Shown here one piece after another: positions 36,174 through 50,199 of a stretch of DNA of 64,000 bases; position 1 is the first letter of the stretch, and each line of letters opens with the position of its first letter. Where the stretch lies: positions 37,634,001 to 37,698,000 of the forward strand of contig OZ038378.1 of the NCBI GenBank assembly GCA_964036045.1. The letters run 5' to 3'. The notes under the pieces are model-generated. The model worked only from the letters and a program-made list of their open reading frames with translations. It was not told where the DNA came from and did not search any database. This DNA is from Eutreptiella sp. 'Long Island Sound 2002'. Its lineage: Eukaryota > Protista > Euglenida. Position numbers and translations under genes: made by a program.

Positions 36174-36504
36174 TACATATGTTGAGACTTGTATACACTA
36201 CTTGTCTTGTATTAGCACCTGTGTTGGTTCCTCTCTTCCATTGCAATGTCAAAAGTGGACAACCATGCAAAGGGGTGGATTACAGTGTGGGGTCTAAGAT
36301 GGGGGTAATGAGGGCTCATGCCACCAAAATGCCGACACAATACATCCTTGCGAGGGAGTGTATGCAAGTGCAATGGGATGGTACCATAGCGGATGTCAAA
36401 ACGCTGCCCTCCTTCACCTCCAACCAATCCGTAGCGTGCTTTAATGATGTGCTTCAGGATGTTTTGGAGGGGAACGTCAATTTGCAGGTGGTAGTGGTAC
36501 GGCC

Positions 36505-38161
36505 CAATGAGGAGGACCTTGAGCACCTGTTTGTTCGCACACCCTTGCGCCGAATGGTAGTTAAATCGCGATGGTTAGCAAACAAAGAGGACACACCTTC
36601 ATGCATCTTGGCTCTATTGAACGGTGTGGAAAGCAACAGACCAAATGTCTTTTCTATGTGGATACCCTCTGCCTTGCGAGGTAGGATAGAACCAAAACTG
36701 TAGGCTTGTCGCCTGTTCCAAAAAATTAATGCAGGGTAGGAAGGCCTGATAAATAAGCTCAACACCATACTTGTACCTGTGCCAAATGCCATATATCAGG
36801 GGAAACCCCAAGAGTAATTCGGTACGGTCTAGGGGACATAGGTTGCACTGCAACACAGCTTCAACAGTGCATTGTGTATTTTCATGTCTACAAGTAGCGG
36901 TATGTAGTAGCTAGTGCGGTCTTCAACACATGTCAGGTCAACTGCGAATTGCAAGTGCTCCTTGTGTGAGCCACATCGCAGGTCCAGAAAGAAAAAGGGT
37001 CTCCGGTTTAGGGAATGTACATTATAGCGTGCAATATCCAATAGGGCACAAACTCAGACTCTTTGAACACCTCCTTTCGCAACATCCATAAGATGAAAAA
37101 GTACAAAAATAGATTGAAAGACGTCAATTGCGACCTTTGGTACCCCGCCCTCAAGTTGTGCCATCTCCCGAAGACGCAAGTAGCCGGGTAAAGCAGCATT
37201 GTGCAACACTACAGCTGCAGTGCCATTCAAGGCTAAGTCGGGTGTATGTGGATCAACACACAACCTACAATGCCTGGAATTGTCAAACTTAGTTGCAATG
37301 CCAGCACGCAGGCGAATACAACCATGCTTGGAGTTGCACTAGCCTAGGGCTCCTACTTTGCGTCGCAGCAGGCAGGACTTAATTCCCCAATTGTACCCTC
37401 AGCGGCAGCTAGACAAAGGGACGGCCATACGGCGAAGATCACAATAAAGCATTGGAACCGCTCCAAAAAAAATTGGGTACCATCGTGAAGGGTTCTTTTT
37501 GACGGCTACTGCCTTTAGTTCGGCAATTGACTGACACTATTTCTGTTTACGTCGTAGCATGCAGAATTGCAAAAGCTTCGGCATATTTCCACCACGCAGA
37601 GCAGTTCGAGCGACCCCTTTGGCTATGGAGAGAAAAGCACCATCGGCTGCACAATGGAAGACATTATGGTAAGAGGTGAAGACATTAAGAACTACACAGA
37701 AAAAGAAAGGAGCTTTGTGGAATAAGACAGATAATGATCGAGATCCTTCAAACCAACTAACGCACCAAACCTCGGGAAAATTTCGGCTGAATGTGTTCGC
37801 CGGGCGACGAAAGAGCTATAAATAAGGAAGCCTATTTGATGTGAAACCAACAAAAGCGGACAGAAATTTCGGCCACACGCAAAAAAATTGAACATAGGTA
37901 TGCCTATTTTCATGGGAGCTCAAAAGGTGGAAATTTTTCGGCCAGCTGCGAAATAACTTTCAATCATGGTACACCAAATGACATCGATAGCCAATGTGAC
38001 CTGATTACACATTGTTTCAATGTGTGTCAAATAAGATTGGTAACAATCTTGCTAAGATATGTTAAATGGCATACACAAAACAGACAAATGACATAGTCTC
38101 AAGGTGTGGTTATAACGGGTTCCTAGAACGTGGTGTCAGTGGGCCCTTTGTGACGCCGAAG
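36505..38161 (-). mobile_element. Academ-like element copy 3 (right end plus 5' half of the transposase)
   Basis: LLVDMKIHNALLK, IYGIWHRYKY, IHIEKTFG. Degenerate palindromes at ~37773, 37859 and 37930. Right TIR-like GTGGGCCCTTTGTGACGCCGAAG ends at 38161. Confidence 0.8.
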
Positions 38162-38309
38162 GGATACGGAGGGGATGGTGGCTTTATTTTCAAAAAATCT
38201 GAAAAAAACTAAATACAAGTGCTTGCGAAAAGGAACGGGCCTTTTTGAACACTCTGGCGGGCCACAAGAGCCCACCAATTGCCCAATGTACTCACCTATG
38301 CATGCAGAA

Positions 38310-39275
38310 ACTTTGCGCATGCGCATAGTCGCCATATGCGCGCGCACATTCACCTCGCGTCACCTCACCATACCACACCACACGCAACCACACCACACCA
38401 CACCACAACAAAACACTGCGACATGGAATGTGACAAGAGATATGCCACATCTTCGCACTAAAATCGCGAAAATCGCGCAAAAAGTGCGGTCATGTGCGCA
38501 CAGGCAAGTAATGCATTTTTCAGAAAATTCTCATGTAATTTTCGCACCAGTTTTGCAACTTTCGCGCGAACATCTCCGGCAGCTCTTACCACATTCCTTG
38601 TGCTAGTGTTTTGTTGTGGTGCTGCACTTTTCTCGAATCGTTATGTCCCAAATAAACTTTCCCGTGTCACCCCCTCCAAAGCCCTCCGCCGCCCCAGCCC
38701 GACAAATTTATTGAATGGGGGGGGGGGGGACACACCCAAAACCACCCCACCCGCCTCAAACACACTCACACATAGGCATACAAAAATGTGCATACACACC
38801 CAGAGCCGCATACACACGCATTAGCGCACAGATAAAAAATGCAAAAGCATACCTAAAAGATGGATAATGTATGCGGATGCTGCTCCATCCAACACACATG
38901 GAAAAAGAAAAGGAGGGAAAGGGCAAGACAAAGGGAATGGACGGGCAAAAAGAAGGAAGTGGTGGGCCTGTCGGCTGGTGGGTGTGGCGTGGTGTAGTGT
39001 GTGGTGGGTTGGGGTCCCATGGTATGGTGAGAAGTGACATGGGGTGGGGTGGTGGGGTGAGGTGTAGTGTGGTGTGGTGTGGTGACGAGTAGTTGGGTGT
39101 GATGTGGTGTGGTGCAGCGTGGGGTGGAGTGGGGTGGGGTCCAGTTATGGGGTGTGGGGTGGCGTGGGGTGGTGTTTGGTGGTGTGAGTTGGGTGGTGTG
39201 GTATGCAGGGTGTGGTGTGGTGAGGTGAAGTGTATTGTGCAAAAAAAAAGCGACTATTGCACGCATATTCGCGCC
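38310..39275. repeat. Imperfect foldback: (CACAC)n tract at 38350-38410 inverted against (GTGTG)n tract at 38990-39230
   Basis: The reverse complement of 38310-38420 shares gtgtggt.tggtgaggtga and gcgactat with 39200-39270. Confidence 0.55.
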
Positions 39276-39779
39276 ATTACGAATGTGATTGCGAATGCGA
39301 ACAACAGTGCACACAACATTGCAAATATGAGTGCCAATTTAGCATTTGTTTCCACTTGAAAGCCGTGCTTTCAAATGATTTGAGTTACCTTTTATGGATG
39401 GAGAATTTTCCTTAATTTTTGGCAAAGAAAGCACATAAAACGGGGACAAGTATGCAGAACCATGCGGCAAATAGGCAAAGACTCAACGAAGTGAGCGAGT
39501 CCATTCAAAAGTGTTGTGCACAAAGGGTATAAATTAATATAACTTAACATACATATTATCCCAAAATGTTCACAACCCTCTGCACGTTCATAATTTTGGT
39601 CTCTAGATTACAATCCTTTAGTGCACAAATTTTGTAACTACAGACACCATCCAGGACGGTAACATACATTGGGCGTTTGGAGCTTTTGCCCCCAGCATTT
39701 TCTTCCATTCGGGTGACGACCAACCACGCATAGGCTATTCAGCATACCAAGGCAAGGGTGGTGGATTTGGTATGGGGAA

Positions 39780-40570
39780 CTCAGTTCACGTTCCAAGGAA
39801 AGTGAGTTGTTGTCCTAGATATTCTATAGTGATCGCCGTGCCTCTTGCAAAACTCTCCCGCTCTCCACTTGTCCATTGAAAAACCAGCCGTGCCCGGATC
39901 GTGCACAATGCGAAAGATGTCTGTATAGTGCAACCACAACAGGTTCGTAAATTCTTTAAGTAAGATCCCACGCAGCTCCCGGTTGATCACATCGCCTGGC
40001 GCCAACATTGATCCCTTGATGAGGGTTCCCGTGTTCTGTGACATTACGGAAGAGAGGGAAACAAACAAATTGGTGTTATGCAGCTCAAATAGCAAGCAAT
40101 GTACAACATCATGAAAAGTAGAGTTGTAGAAGAAATATCGTGAACGGTGGGGGGTATGAGCTGGCCGTTGCTTACCGTTTTTTGCGATGTAAAACTCCAC
40201 CAGATGTTGAGCCTTTTTTGTGCGTCTCAGCTAGTCCTAGACCCTGGACAACACCCATATGCTAAGGGAACGTTTCCTTCATGTCGATTTTTTTCCCAAA
40301 CGGTGGTCTTGGTCCATATTTGCGGACTCATTAAATGTCGAGAGGCTCCCCCTCATTGTGTGTAACATTTGGGGCATGGCAATGAGTTCTCGTGATTTGA
40401 GAACATCCACGGCAATTTTCCACGGACGCAACATGGCCATGAGGTTACAGATGCGTTGAAACGGGTGCCAAACACACGTGAGAACCTCTCTCATTTCAAT
40501 GACTAGAGGCAAGGCCTTTTCTTTCCTTTTGTACTTTAACACTAACAAACAATTAGGGGCCAGCAACATT
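39780..40570 (-). pseudogene. Possible hAT-like transposase fragment
   Basis: VWHPFQRICNLMAMLRPWKIAVDVLKSRELIAMPQML resembles the hAT W..l..l..lL.Pf..at..l motif. No catalytic residues were confidently identified. Confidence 0.3.
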
Positions 40571-40999
40571 CGAAGTCATGCTGCACGCCCATGAGGGTGC
40601 AGCGTCCGCTCGGAGAACTAGGGCATTATAAAACCCGAGGGGGCCCTTAAGATCACGGGCCGGGAAACCAACACGCCCTCTTGTTGTGGCAGCTACACGC
40701 CGCGGCTGGCAAGCAGTGCAAGTGGTCAATAAGGGTGTAGAGAGAGGAGCAATGAGGGCGAGGCTCTCATTAGGAGGGCGGGGCGGGCACTTCCGTTTTA
40801 CTCCTCTATTGTAGCATCGGTTTGATTTGTGGGTCGGCAGTTTATGGAGAGGGGTTGTGGACGTAGCATATCTATTGAGCTTTCGGTCACATGCATCTAT
40901 GGCTTGTCGCCAGGTATCTCCTATGACATGGTGTACTTTGTCAGTATACCATCCCGGGCACTGTTAACACGTTCGTGTAGGCCTGTACCCGAGTTTGGG

Positions 41000-42800
41000 T
41001 GCAGCTATGCATCATACGAAGGGTATCGTTCCTCAGAAAGAAAAGATTTGGCTCCCAATACAACATACGGGAACACTTGTTTGGAGGTTGTGTCACGTGA
41101 GTGCGTGCCCAGCAAATGTGAACAAGGATTCCCTTGCTGGAAAAAAGTTTTTGGAAGCATGAGTACCAAACGTTTTTGCACCTTGCCCAAAGAGGCGAAT
41201 CGCTCGTGTCAAAGCATCTTGTGGCCTAAGAGCTAGGGACTTGCGTGAGTTGTCCCTACACGTCAATAAGATGGTGGGCCCGTGGTGTGGTCGTGAGCAC
41301 GTTCATGCAAAAAAAACCCTACATTACCGCCATCACGGAAAGTCAAAGATTATGCTTGTCCCCGGGGATTGCGATATCCCACAAAGCAGGGCGTACGTTG
41401 GATTGCACACCATCGCATATGCGGTGGCATTGGGATACCGAGGCATTTTTCGACTTCCAGGCCGGCGCATCAAGGTTGTTGCCTGCAGAGCATACCCGAT
41501 CCCGTCCAAAGTATGTGGCCACGCGGTGGCCGTCGCATCGGCGCAACCGATATTTTCCCCCCAAGTGTGTGTACTCAAAGGGTGCAAGGACGTCACATAT
41601 ATTATGTACATCATTTTTGGGGGTAGGCCATTGGAAGAACGTCACATATCTCCCAACGTGGGACTTTTTGATGGAACTAACCTAATGCGTCTCGGGAAAT
41701 ACACTTTGAGGGCAATGGGGATTTTTCGATCAGTGTAAAAGCGCGTAAACACATCAAACATGATACGAAGGTTGCGATTGGACGTAAGTTCTTGGTGAAA
41801 ATGCCCATGATGGATTCAATCCTCAAACGAACCTTCGGCGGAATTATCTCTGCTCAAATTGACGGTCAAGCACTTGAGTGGCCACAGCAGGGTAACAGAA
41901 CTTTTTGCAGCCATACACCAAGCCTAGTTTTTATACCACACAGAGGGACGGCTCCGCATGCAGCTCAGAAAATATTTCGCACTGGTAATGACATCGTCCT
42001 TTGCTGAGGTGCATCCATAACGGATCTTTCAATGGTATTTGCCAGCCATGGTTGGACTTGTTCGAGCGTGGTGTGTACCTCTTTTGCAAAACATGTTGGG
42101 GAATCCATCAATACAGCGGTGCAGCAGCACGCTTGCGGTGGTGCAACAGGGCCCAGTCACCAGCCTGGATAATGTGTTCCCTCCCTTTATCACAAAAACT
42201 CCTACATGTTTAGTGCGCCCCTATCAGGCCAATGAATACTTTGTCGTTTCATGGGATCCAAAATGCATACATCCACGACCCCAAAAGCATCCCAAGAACC
42301 CTTCCTCCGCAGATAGAGGCCTCGCTTTGTCTATGCCCTTTGCCGCATATCTAGCCTCTTGGACGCGGTGGAGGGGGTGTTGTTGCCGGTACGAAAAAGA
42401 AATTGGCGCATAGGGACTCCGTGCCAAATGGAATTTTAAAACTCGTTGCACGAACAATGGTTTTGACTGAACAGCCATTCCGTGATCGTGGGACACGGTA
42501 AACGAGTCCATCCAATGGTGCAGTTCCAAACTTGGGGGGTTAATACACATGCGGCGTATGACATTGTTGCCAAAACATGACTCCGGTGTTTCTAATATGT
42601 TAGGGTGCCGCACCAATGAGAGGATGTGGGAATATATAGTGCACATGCAAATTGCACATCTAGAGCGGCGATTATTTTTGCTGCACAAGAAGCGAGAGAA
42701 GCACCCCTCTGGAATTGCAAGGGGGTACTTTTCCGTGTATGGAAACCGCCGCAGGAGCAAGTCAACGTACCTTTGTTGTGCGACGCCGTTCATCTACAAC
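41000..42800 (-). pseudogene. Possible KDZ (Kyakuja-Dileera-Zisupton)-like transposase remnant
   Basis: Cys cluster CFSRFLCSKNNRRSRCAICMC; LHRCIDG; KYFLSCMRSRPSVWY; LTRAIRLFGQGAKTF...HN. Many stops. Confidence 0.35.
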
Positions 42801-44253
42801 GGCGTGTCACATCATGTCTTTATCTCCGCTCTGTCTATATTGGGAGCTATCCTTCCAGGAACTTCACGTCGCCACGCATTCTTGTGACCACGCCGCGATA
42901 TGCAGCGTGAGAACGACCTCTGGTGTTGAGCGCGTGTGTGCGTTGAATGGATGTGAAGGGTGTGTTTTACAAGGTGGATGATCTGCGGTAAAAAGGGGGT
43001 TAGAGTGCCGCAAAAAACGTGTTAGCGCAGTGCAAAAGATTTCTTACCGTGCGTTAAGAATACTGCTCCCATGTGGTAAAAATTTAGTTACCGTACGGTA
43101 GAAGTAAAGATTCCTGTGCAGTAATTGATATTTTACCGCGGTAAATAGGCAAAGGGCAAGGAAATTAGGGAGAAAAAGCATCATGAACAGGTGAAAGGGC
43201 AAAATGATCCGTGTGCACTACTGTCAAGAGGTAGCCCTTGAAGTTTGTAGTCTAAGGCACACAAGAGGTTGCATCAAAGCCCCGTGGACGAACTTTGGGA
43301 GCATATGCCAAGTAGTCAACAAAATAAGATGTGTCGACAAGGATGAGTCAGATGTAAGTGGGGCTCCGGCTTACTTGGGGCTCATCAGGTTCTTACCGGT
43401 TCGAACATACCAGCGTAGATGCTTTTCCATCCTTTACTGACGTATAACAACCGTTGCAACCAGTGGAGTATGCACGGCACGTGTCTGTAGGAACATGGGC
43501 ACCGCTAATGGACGTATCACCTGGTCCATCACCCTTGGGGCATCAAAGGTTCTAATACCTCATAAGGCTAGTTATGCACGTTGTCAAAAAATGGAAATCC
43601 TCCCCCCCCGAAACCCAAGAAAATGATTGTGGTTCTCAACCCCCGTAGCTCGTAAAATTTTCTAGTGGGGCGTTGGACCAATGGCTTCGTCACTTTTCAA
43701 ATATTTGCTTGGTGCAGACCGGTGAGCAAAGCACAAGACAAAAGAGAAAGCAAGGCATCGTGCTTTACGCGCGTACTAAGTGTGACTTTGTATGAGTTAC
43801 CCCTTCCAAACGATGTCAAATGAGAGCGTACGAAGCATTCGTGCAGTAAATGGTGCTCACAAGCACATCCAAATTCAAACGAACCGGTTCCACACACATG
43901 CCCTTGATACTTGTATGAAAAATCTTGTTCATAATTTATTTTTCATAAATGAACGATTCATATATGAACCATGAATTATGAATAGCTTTTATGAACGCTT
44001 CTTTGTCCACAATTTTTGTTATGTCTGACGCTTACTCTTTCTTCACGGAGCTAAACATTATGGTTGTTTGGCTCAGGGATGCCACCAGCCTTCAGGACAA
44101 CAAGTGTTCCGACCTGTTGGCCCAATGGATGTCATCGCCCCCCCTCATCCGGGCCCGTTTCTCGGAGGCAATGGACCACGCTCCCCTCCCGGCGGTCCAC
44201 AAAACCAAGGTGCAGGCCATCCGTACGTATGCGGAGGCCCTCTTTCCCGCACC

Positions 44254-46650
44254 CTATCTGATAGGGGATGCATTCGTTTGTAAAAAATCCTCAACACCCT
44301 CAGGAACCCTGGTACGTGCAACGAGATTTTGCATTGCATGCAACAGAACTACTTTCAACGGGTCTGTGGTGATTCGTGTCCTAGACATGGTACCGGGGAA
44401 ACACAGACCATCAACTGCATACAGTCTTCTCACCTCAACTTTATAGTCGTCAACGTGAACGCATATGGGCATGCTCTTTGTATGGGCTGTCAAGATGAAT
44501 CGTTTCACATTGGCACAGAACATTGCCACAAATCTCTTAGTCAGCACACCACGCAAAACCTTCTCCCCTGGTTGGAGTGGGGGAAGTATCAGAAACAATT
44601 CGGACGACTGCTGGACCCTGGTACAGGCAGTGTAGCGGCGACAGTGAGCTGAGAACCGACTGAGAAGTGCCTCGCCCAGTTCCTCAGAGTGGGTACACCC
44701 TAGGGAGGAGGAATGCCATTGACTCCAAAACAGAAGAGCAACGGCAGTGATGTTCACATACTCCGTGGCTAACTGCTCCTTAGGCTTTAGCATGTTCAGC
44801 ATGAGCAGTAGGGACATCTCAAGTGCCTGCTTAGCAACAATCCCGGCACCTGCCCCCCGGCCCTCCCAGTTGCACTCACGCACCAAAGTCCCAATGCTGA
44901 GAGCAGCTGGATAGTATGTGTACAGCGAAGCCTTAGGTGCTAATAACATACGGAGACCCTTGCGCTAAATGGGTGTCAAATTCCGCTGCCTAGTCAGCAG
45001 GGCAGTTACACGCTCATCTAGTGTGCCTCTATTGGACGATGTGGCTAGCATGAGTCCAAGCAAGGTGTTCTCCATATGGATGACCTTGACCTCGCGAGGG
45101 AGGATAGACCCGGCTTCAAGGCTATTACCCTGCTCCAAAAACTTAATGAACGGCATGAAGGCCCTATAGATCAAGTCAACGCAGTACTTATAGCTATGCC
45201 ACACACCGAATACCAAAGAAAGACCCAACAGTAGTTGCGGTACATTCCACAGAACATAAGTGGCGCCATAACACGGTTTAAGTAGTGCAAAGTGTATTTT
45301 CATGTCCACAAGCGGCGGAACCCCGTGCCTGGTGCGATGTTCCACACATCGGAGATCAACCACAAGTTGCAAAAGCTCTTTGTGTGTGCCGGAGCGGAGC
45401 TCACACGGGAAAAAGGGTCTCCAACTGAGAGAATGAACATTTTTTCTGGCAATATCTAAAGGAGGACGAACCCAAACTCTCTGAATACCTTGGTTGGCAA
45501 TATCAATACGATCAAACAATGCTACATGTGAGCGACAGATGTCATATGCAACCTTTGGTACCCTGGCTTCAATTTCGACCAGCTCCGGTAGACCCCGGTA
45601 TGCAGGCAGGGCAGTAGTGTGCAAAACAGCCACAGCTGTACAGCTGAGGGTTAAGACAGGTGAATGGGGATCGGCTCCCGACCTATAACGCCTCAGATTA
45701 TGAGCCATATATAAATTTGCCTACGGTGCATCGTGTTCCACAAGTTGTGTGCTGCTAGTCCACCAAGATGGTGAATGGACTCCTGCTTAGTGTTACAATG
45801 ACCAAGGAGTCCTACCGTGCGGCGTTGGCGGCAGGACATAATAGCCAAATTGTAACCAGACCCACGGTTAGAGTATGGGAGGGGCATACAACGCAAAAGG
45901 TAGTACAGGGCATGGAACTGTGACAAAAATGTCAAGTACCATCATGGGGGCTTGTGCTAGGTGGCGGCAGCCTTCAACTTTGCCATGGAATGCCAGCTCC
46001 TGCGATTCTTCCGCTACATGAGGCAGAATTGCAAAAGCTTTTGCCCATTCCTACCACGTAATGCATTTCGCAACAGCCCTTTGGTTGTAGTAGCAAAAGC
46101 ACCAGTAGTTGCAGCATGTATGACATGTATAGTAATAGCAGAAGACATTAATGCAGTGAAAGCAGCTATGTAGGAGTGTAAGATGTAATACTCATCAACA
46201 ATGACGATTGCAAGGTGTGTTCGAAGGGGAAACAATTGCTTATATGTGCAAAAATAGGAAAAGCTGGCCGAAATTTCGGCCTTACGGACAAAAAACCTGA
46301 ATATGAGTGCTTGAATGATGAATAGACCTGAAACCTGGTCGAAATTTCGGCCAGCCCGAAGAAAAATGCAAAGAACTATGCATCTTCACTGAGAAACCAA
46401 AAATATGGCCGACATTTCGGCCAGAAGGGTCAAAAAATGCATATACACATAGTTGCTTGCAGTGTTACCCAAAAGCCGGCCTCAATTTCGGCCTGCTTCA
46501 TAAAAACGTCAAATACAACACACTAGAAGAAGTGGATACATAAGGCTAACGCATCAACACCTATTTCAATGGGTTTCACACAGCGCTGGTAACAACATAT
46601 TGGTCACATATGTCAAATAGCATACTCAAAATAGACATGTACAATATTGT
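44254..46650 (-). mobile_element. Academ-like element copy 4 (transposase plus upstream palindrome array; both ends truncated)
   Basis: Nucleotide-level match to 21130-23550. Palindromes at 46266, 46337, 46407 and 46478 (spacing 71, 70, 71 bp). Confidence 0.9.
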
Positions 46651-47046
46651 AACATCGAGCATATTCCTTTGGCTACCATCTGTACGTTTTTGGCCGGAGG
46701 CGCGCTTTTGTAGCCAACGGTGTTGCACGTAAGGTTTTGAAAACGCGTAGAGCGCGCACAACGCTTACAATAGGCACAGACCAAGTAACACGCACAGAAC
46801 GCCGAGCACGCCGAGCACGTGCCTCCAGAGGCACGTGAAGAATTGAAATACCGGAACGAGCAGAACCCGCACAACGCGCAGCACGTCGTTTTGCACGCGG
46901 GCGCACATCGGGGAGGGGCCGCGTCCTCACAGTTGGGTATCAAGCCTACGCAGTTGTCCCCCAGGGTTCGCACTGGTCCCATGGGTAGGGATGGCAGAGC
47001 CCTCCGCCCCCATGACCGTCTCGTTCAAGCCCCCCACTCCACCACA

Positions 47047-48607
47047 CTACTCCGCATCCTCCCTATCGTCCTCATCCTCCACATCCGCCTCGTCCTCCTC
47101 GTCCTCCTCATCCTCCTCATCCTCCTCGCCCTCCTCACCATCCTCGTCCTCCTTGTCCTCCTCATCCTCTTCATCCTCCGCGTCCTCTTCATCCTCCTCA
47201 TGGTCATCCTCCTCAACCTCCTCGTCCACCTCCATGTCCCGTGTGCCTTCCACAACTCCATAGCCATGTCCCGGCGGAGAGCACAACACGTGCAACGCCT
47301 TTCCACAACCGGTACATTCATAACCGGTCCTTCCATTCATGCAAAAGTGGCACACACGCCGGCGTTCTGTCGCCACCGGGACGTGCACCTATTGTCGCAC
47401 GGGGTGGGCAAAGTACCGCTGCCGCAACACTTGCCATTGCCACTTCCACATACTAGTGGTCTCCTTGCAAAGTCCCAATTGCCAACAAGTTGCGAACGCA
47501 TTCACAACCGCGTACAGGAGCAGGAACGCACACACCGCGTGAGCCCATGTCATTTGGCGGCCAGGTTGGCTTGTCTGCAGGGCCCTCTGGTTCACACCAT
47601 TGACACCGCGCGACAGTGTGCGGTACGCCGCCACCACGGGGTGCACTTCGCGACCGCTTCGCCGGTGACGTGGTACCTTTTCGACAAACCACACAATCAT
47701 CAGCATGGGAACAACACGGGGGCGCTTGTGCCCTACGTTCGGATTCTTGTACACGCACAAACTGTACCTGAAATGGGCAACACTGCACACCGCCGTCTGC
47801 CCGTCCTTCACGTGCTCCCCGGGCCATGTCACGCCGCACGTAGACCGCTTCGTCATCACAAGGAATGCGCGCTTGCTTGCGGCCCATTCCTTTGCAAGTC
47901 CGTGGGACCCGAAAAAGGAGTCAGCACATAGCACCGTCTCCTCGGGTAGCAATGATGCCCACAACTTCATGATGTTCTTGGCATCAAAGTTTCCCGCCGC
48001 GGTGCCGTAGCGGCGTCGCGTGCCCCGTGCACCGGTGTACAAGTACATGTCCACCACATACCCCCATGTTGTGTCCGCTAGGCACTACAACTTTAACCGG
48101 GTTGGGTGCGGTTTCGGGGAAATAAACATTTTCAAGGGGCCTGCTAGCAGCCCCTTGTGGGGTACCACGGACTCATCGCCGCAGGCCCCGCCCCCCATGC
48201 ACCACGCCCCCGCCCATTGGCCATTGCAGTCTTCTAGTAGCGAGACCACATTGGTACGTAGCAACCGCTGCAACAAGTAATATTGGCGGCGCGTTAGCAT
48301 GTAGGGATTGTATAATAGCCCCTTGCGGTCCCAAACCCCGTCCACCTGCATGGGCCGCACCATCCACAAGAGAATTCGAAATGCATTGTACCTAGGTACT
48401 AGGGGTACCAGGCGTGGCCTTCCGTGGTCCCGTAGGGCTTGGCATTGTAGATTCTCTATAGGGGCCATGATATAGTCCCACACCACGTCCTCACTATATC
48501 CCATGAGCCACGACTCCCCTGGTCGGATACCGTACTAGATATCCGCCGCACAGTCCTCCCGTGGGAGCCTATGGTCGTATAGCGGTGGTTGAAATTTTGA
48601 TGGCATC
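47047..48607 (-). mobile_element. piggyBac-like transposase pseudogene A with Cys-rich domain and acidic tail
   Basis: GDESVVPHKG, KMFISPKPHP, LCADSFFGS, YRTLSRGVNGVNQ; CRD CHFC...CTGCGKALHVLC. Stops and frameshifts present; TTAA ends not identified. Confidence 0.85.
47055..47230. repeat. (TCC/TCA/TCG)n trinucleotide tract encoding poly-Glu/Asp on the minus strand
   Basis: tcctcatcctcc... run of about 175 bp. Confidence 0.9.
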
Positions 48608-50039
48608 ACAAAATGAGATTGTTGAGAAATGAGACTGTGTAGAACACGCAAGACACCAGTAGCAATTCCACAGGCAACGGCAAAGGCGTTGAGCGGAACG
48701 CGCAGAACGCGCAACACACGCAGAACGCGTAACACGGCCTCCAAAGGCAGCAGCAGAAATTGCACACGCAAGGCGGGTACAACGCGAAACGCACACACGA
48801 CACGTTTTGCGGGTGGGGGCGGGGGGAACAGAAGGTGGGATGGGCAAAGCGCTATGCAAAGGGCCATCGGGATAGGTCAATGTGGGCGGCAGCACGAACA
48901 ATTCCATAATTTTTTCTGGTGTCGGTGCACCTTGCACCATGGTCCACGCAACGCAGCGGTCGCAGCCACCACCATTCATCCGAACGTCGAAAAAGTATTC
49001 ACAACGCAATAAATAAAGGCGTCGAAAAAAACCGTGCTCGAGGATCCGGTTGTGCCTCTGGATGTAGCCCCGGGGGGGCCCGTGTTCTACGTGTTCCGCA
49101 CGTGTTCCATTTGCTGCCTCCCCGCTTGCCGCTGGAGATGGGTTGCATGTCTCACGCGTTTTCCGTGTTCTGCACCACCACATCAAAACGGAGCCGGAGG
49201 AGGAGTCAAAGGTGCCCCCGCCAAAGGAGCAACCGTAGGAGCCAAAGGTAGACGAGAAACCGGTAGAGGAGCCGCAGGAGAAGGAAGCTAGGCAGCTGCC
49301 GGACACAGAGAGCGATGAGGTGGCCACCAGCGAGCCGGAGATGGGACAGCATCCCCCGGAGGAAGCCGCAACGGCAGGAGAGGAGATGGAGAAAGACGAG
49401 ATAGTGCAGATTTAGGAAATCGGTCCGACCTAAGTTGGAGCAGCCCAGGCAGCTTATTTTCAAACACACAGTGTTCGGATGGGTATGGGGTTGGGGATGC
49501 GCATGGGGATCAGTGGCCCGACCCCGATGAGGTACGTGGCCAACAAACCTCACAACCCCTCTTCTTTTCAAGGCCCGTGTCACTGGCCCAGCAAGCACAC
49601 TCACAGCCGACCCCACAGTGGTGGCATCGGCAGGCGGCGCTTGCATTGGGACAGCACTATGCAACGCGCACTTGTGCACCTTCCGTGTGCGTAGGTCCCA
49701 TCTCCGGCTTGCCATGCGGCCGCACGGGCTTTGCCGGTGGCGGCGGGTGCCGCTCAAGTCCCGGCGGCGGCGGCGGTGGCGGCGGCGGCATCTGGTGCCG
49801 CGGTGGAGGATACGTGGGCGGCGGCGGGTACGCGGGGGGCAGGTTTATTGGACACACACACACACCTTCTAGCGCTCGTTTTGCATGTTTACCCAAGCCA
49901 CACCACCTTGTGTGGTTCAAAAGTGGTTTGGGGCCAATCACCACATGTTTACGCCCCTTTTGGTGGCTGATTTTCATTTTGTCGGAAGCGGTCCTTTTTT
50001 CCGAATTTCCTACACCCCCGCCTTTTGCTGGAAAGGGGG

Positions 50040-50180
50040 TTCTAGCACCCTTTCTGCACCCTTTTTGCACCCTTTGGGCGCCCTTTGTGCAACCCCCTTT
50101 CTGCGCTAGAACACCCTTTTTGCACCTTTTCTGCACACCCTTTGTGCGCTGGAACCCCCTTTCTCCACCCTTTCTGCGGG
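50040..50180. repeat. Degenerate GCACCCTTT motif array
   Basis: About ten cacc(c)ttt units directly downstream of the RAG-like transposase remnant. Confidence 0.75.
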
Positions 50181-50199
50181 GGGGTTTCTGCGCCAAGGA

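Noticed and set aside
36270-36297. Candidate right TIR of Academ-like copy 2 (…gtgtggggtctaag)
   Set aside because: Poor match to the 28074 terminus, and the flank ATGGG does not duplicate the left flank TATTG.
46819-47931. 370 aa plus-strand ORF with an apparent hydrophobic stretch
   Set aside because: It is the antisense reading of the piggyBac gene and its acidic trinucleotide tract.
49300-49800. GLLATYLIGVG SET-like N-terminal motif in Pro-rich decayed ORFs
   Set aside because: It is a single short motif amid stops, with no downstream NH..PN motif, which is too weak to call.
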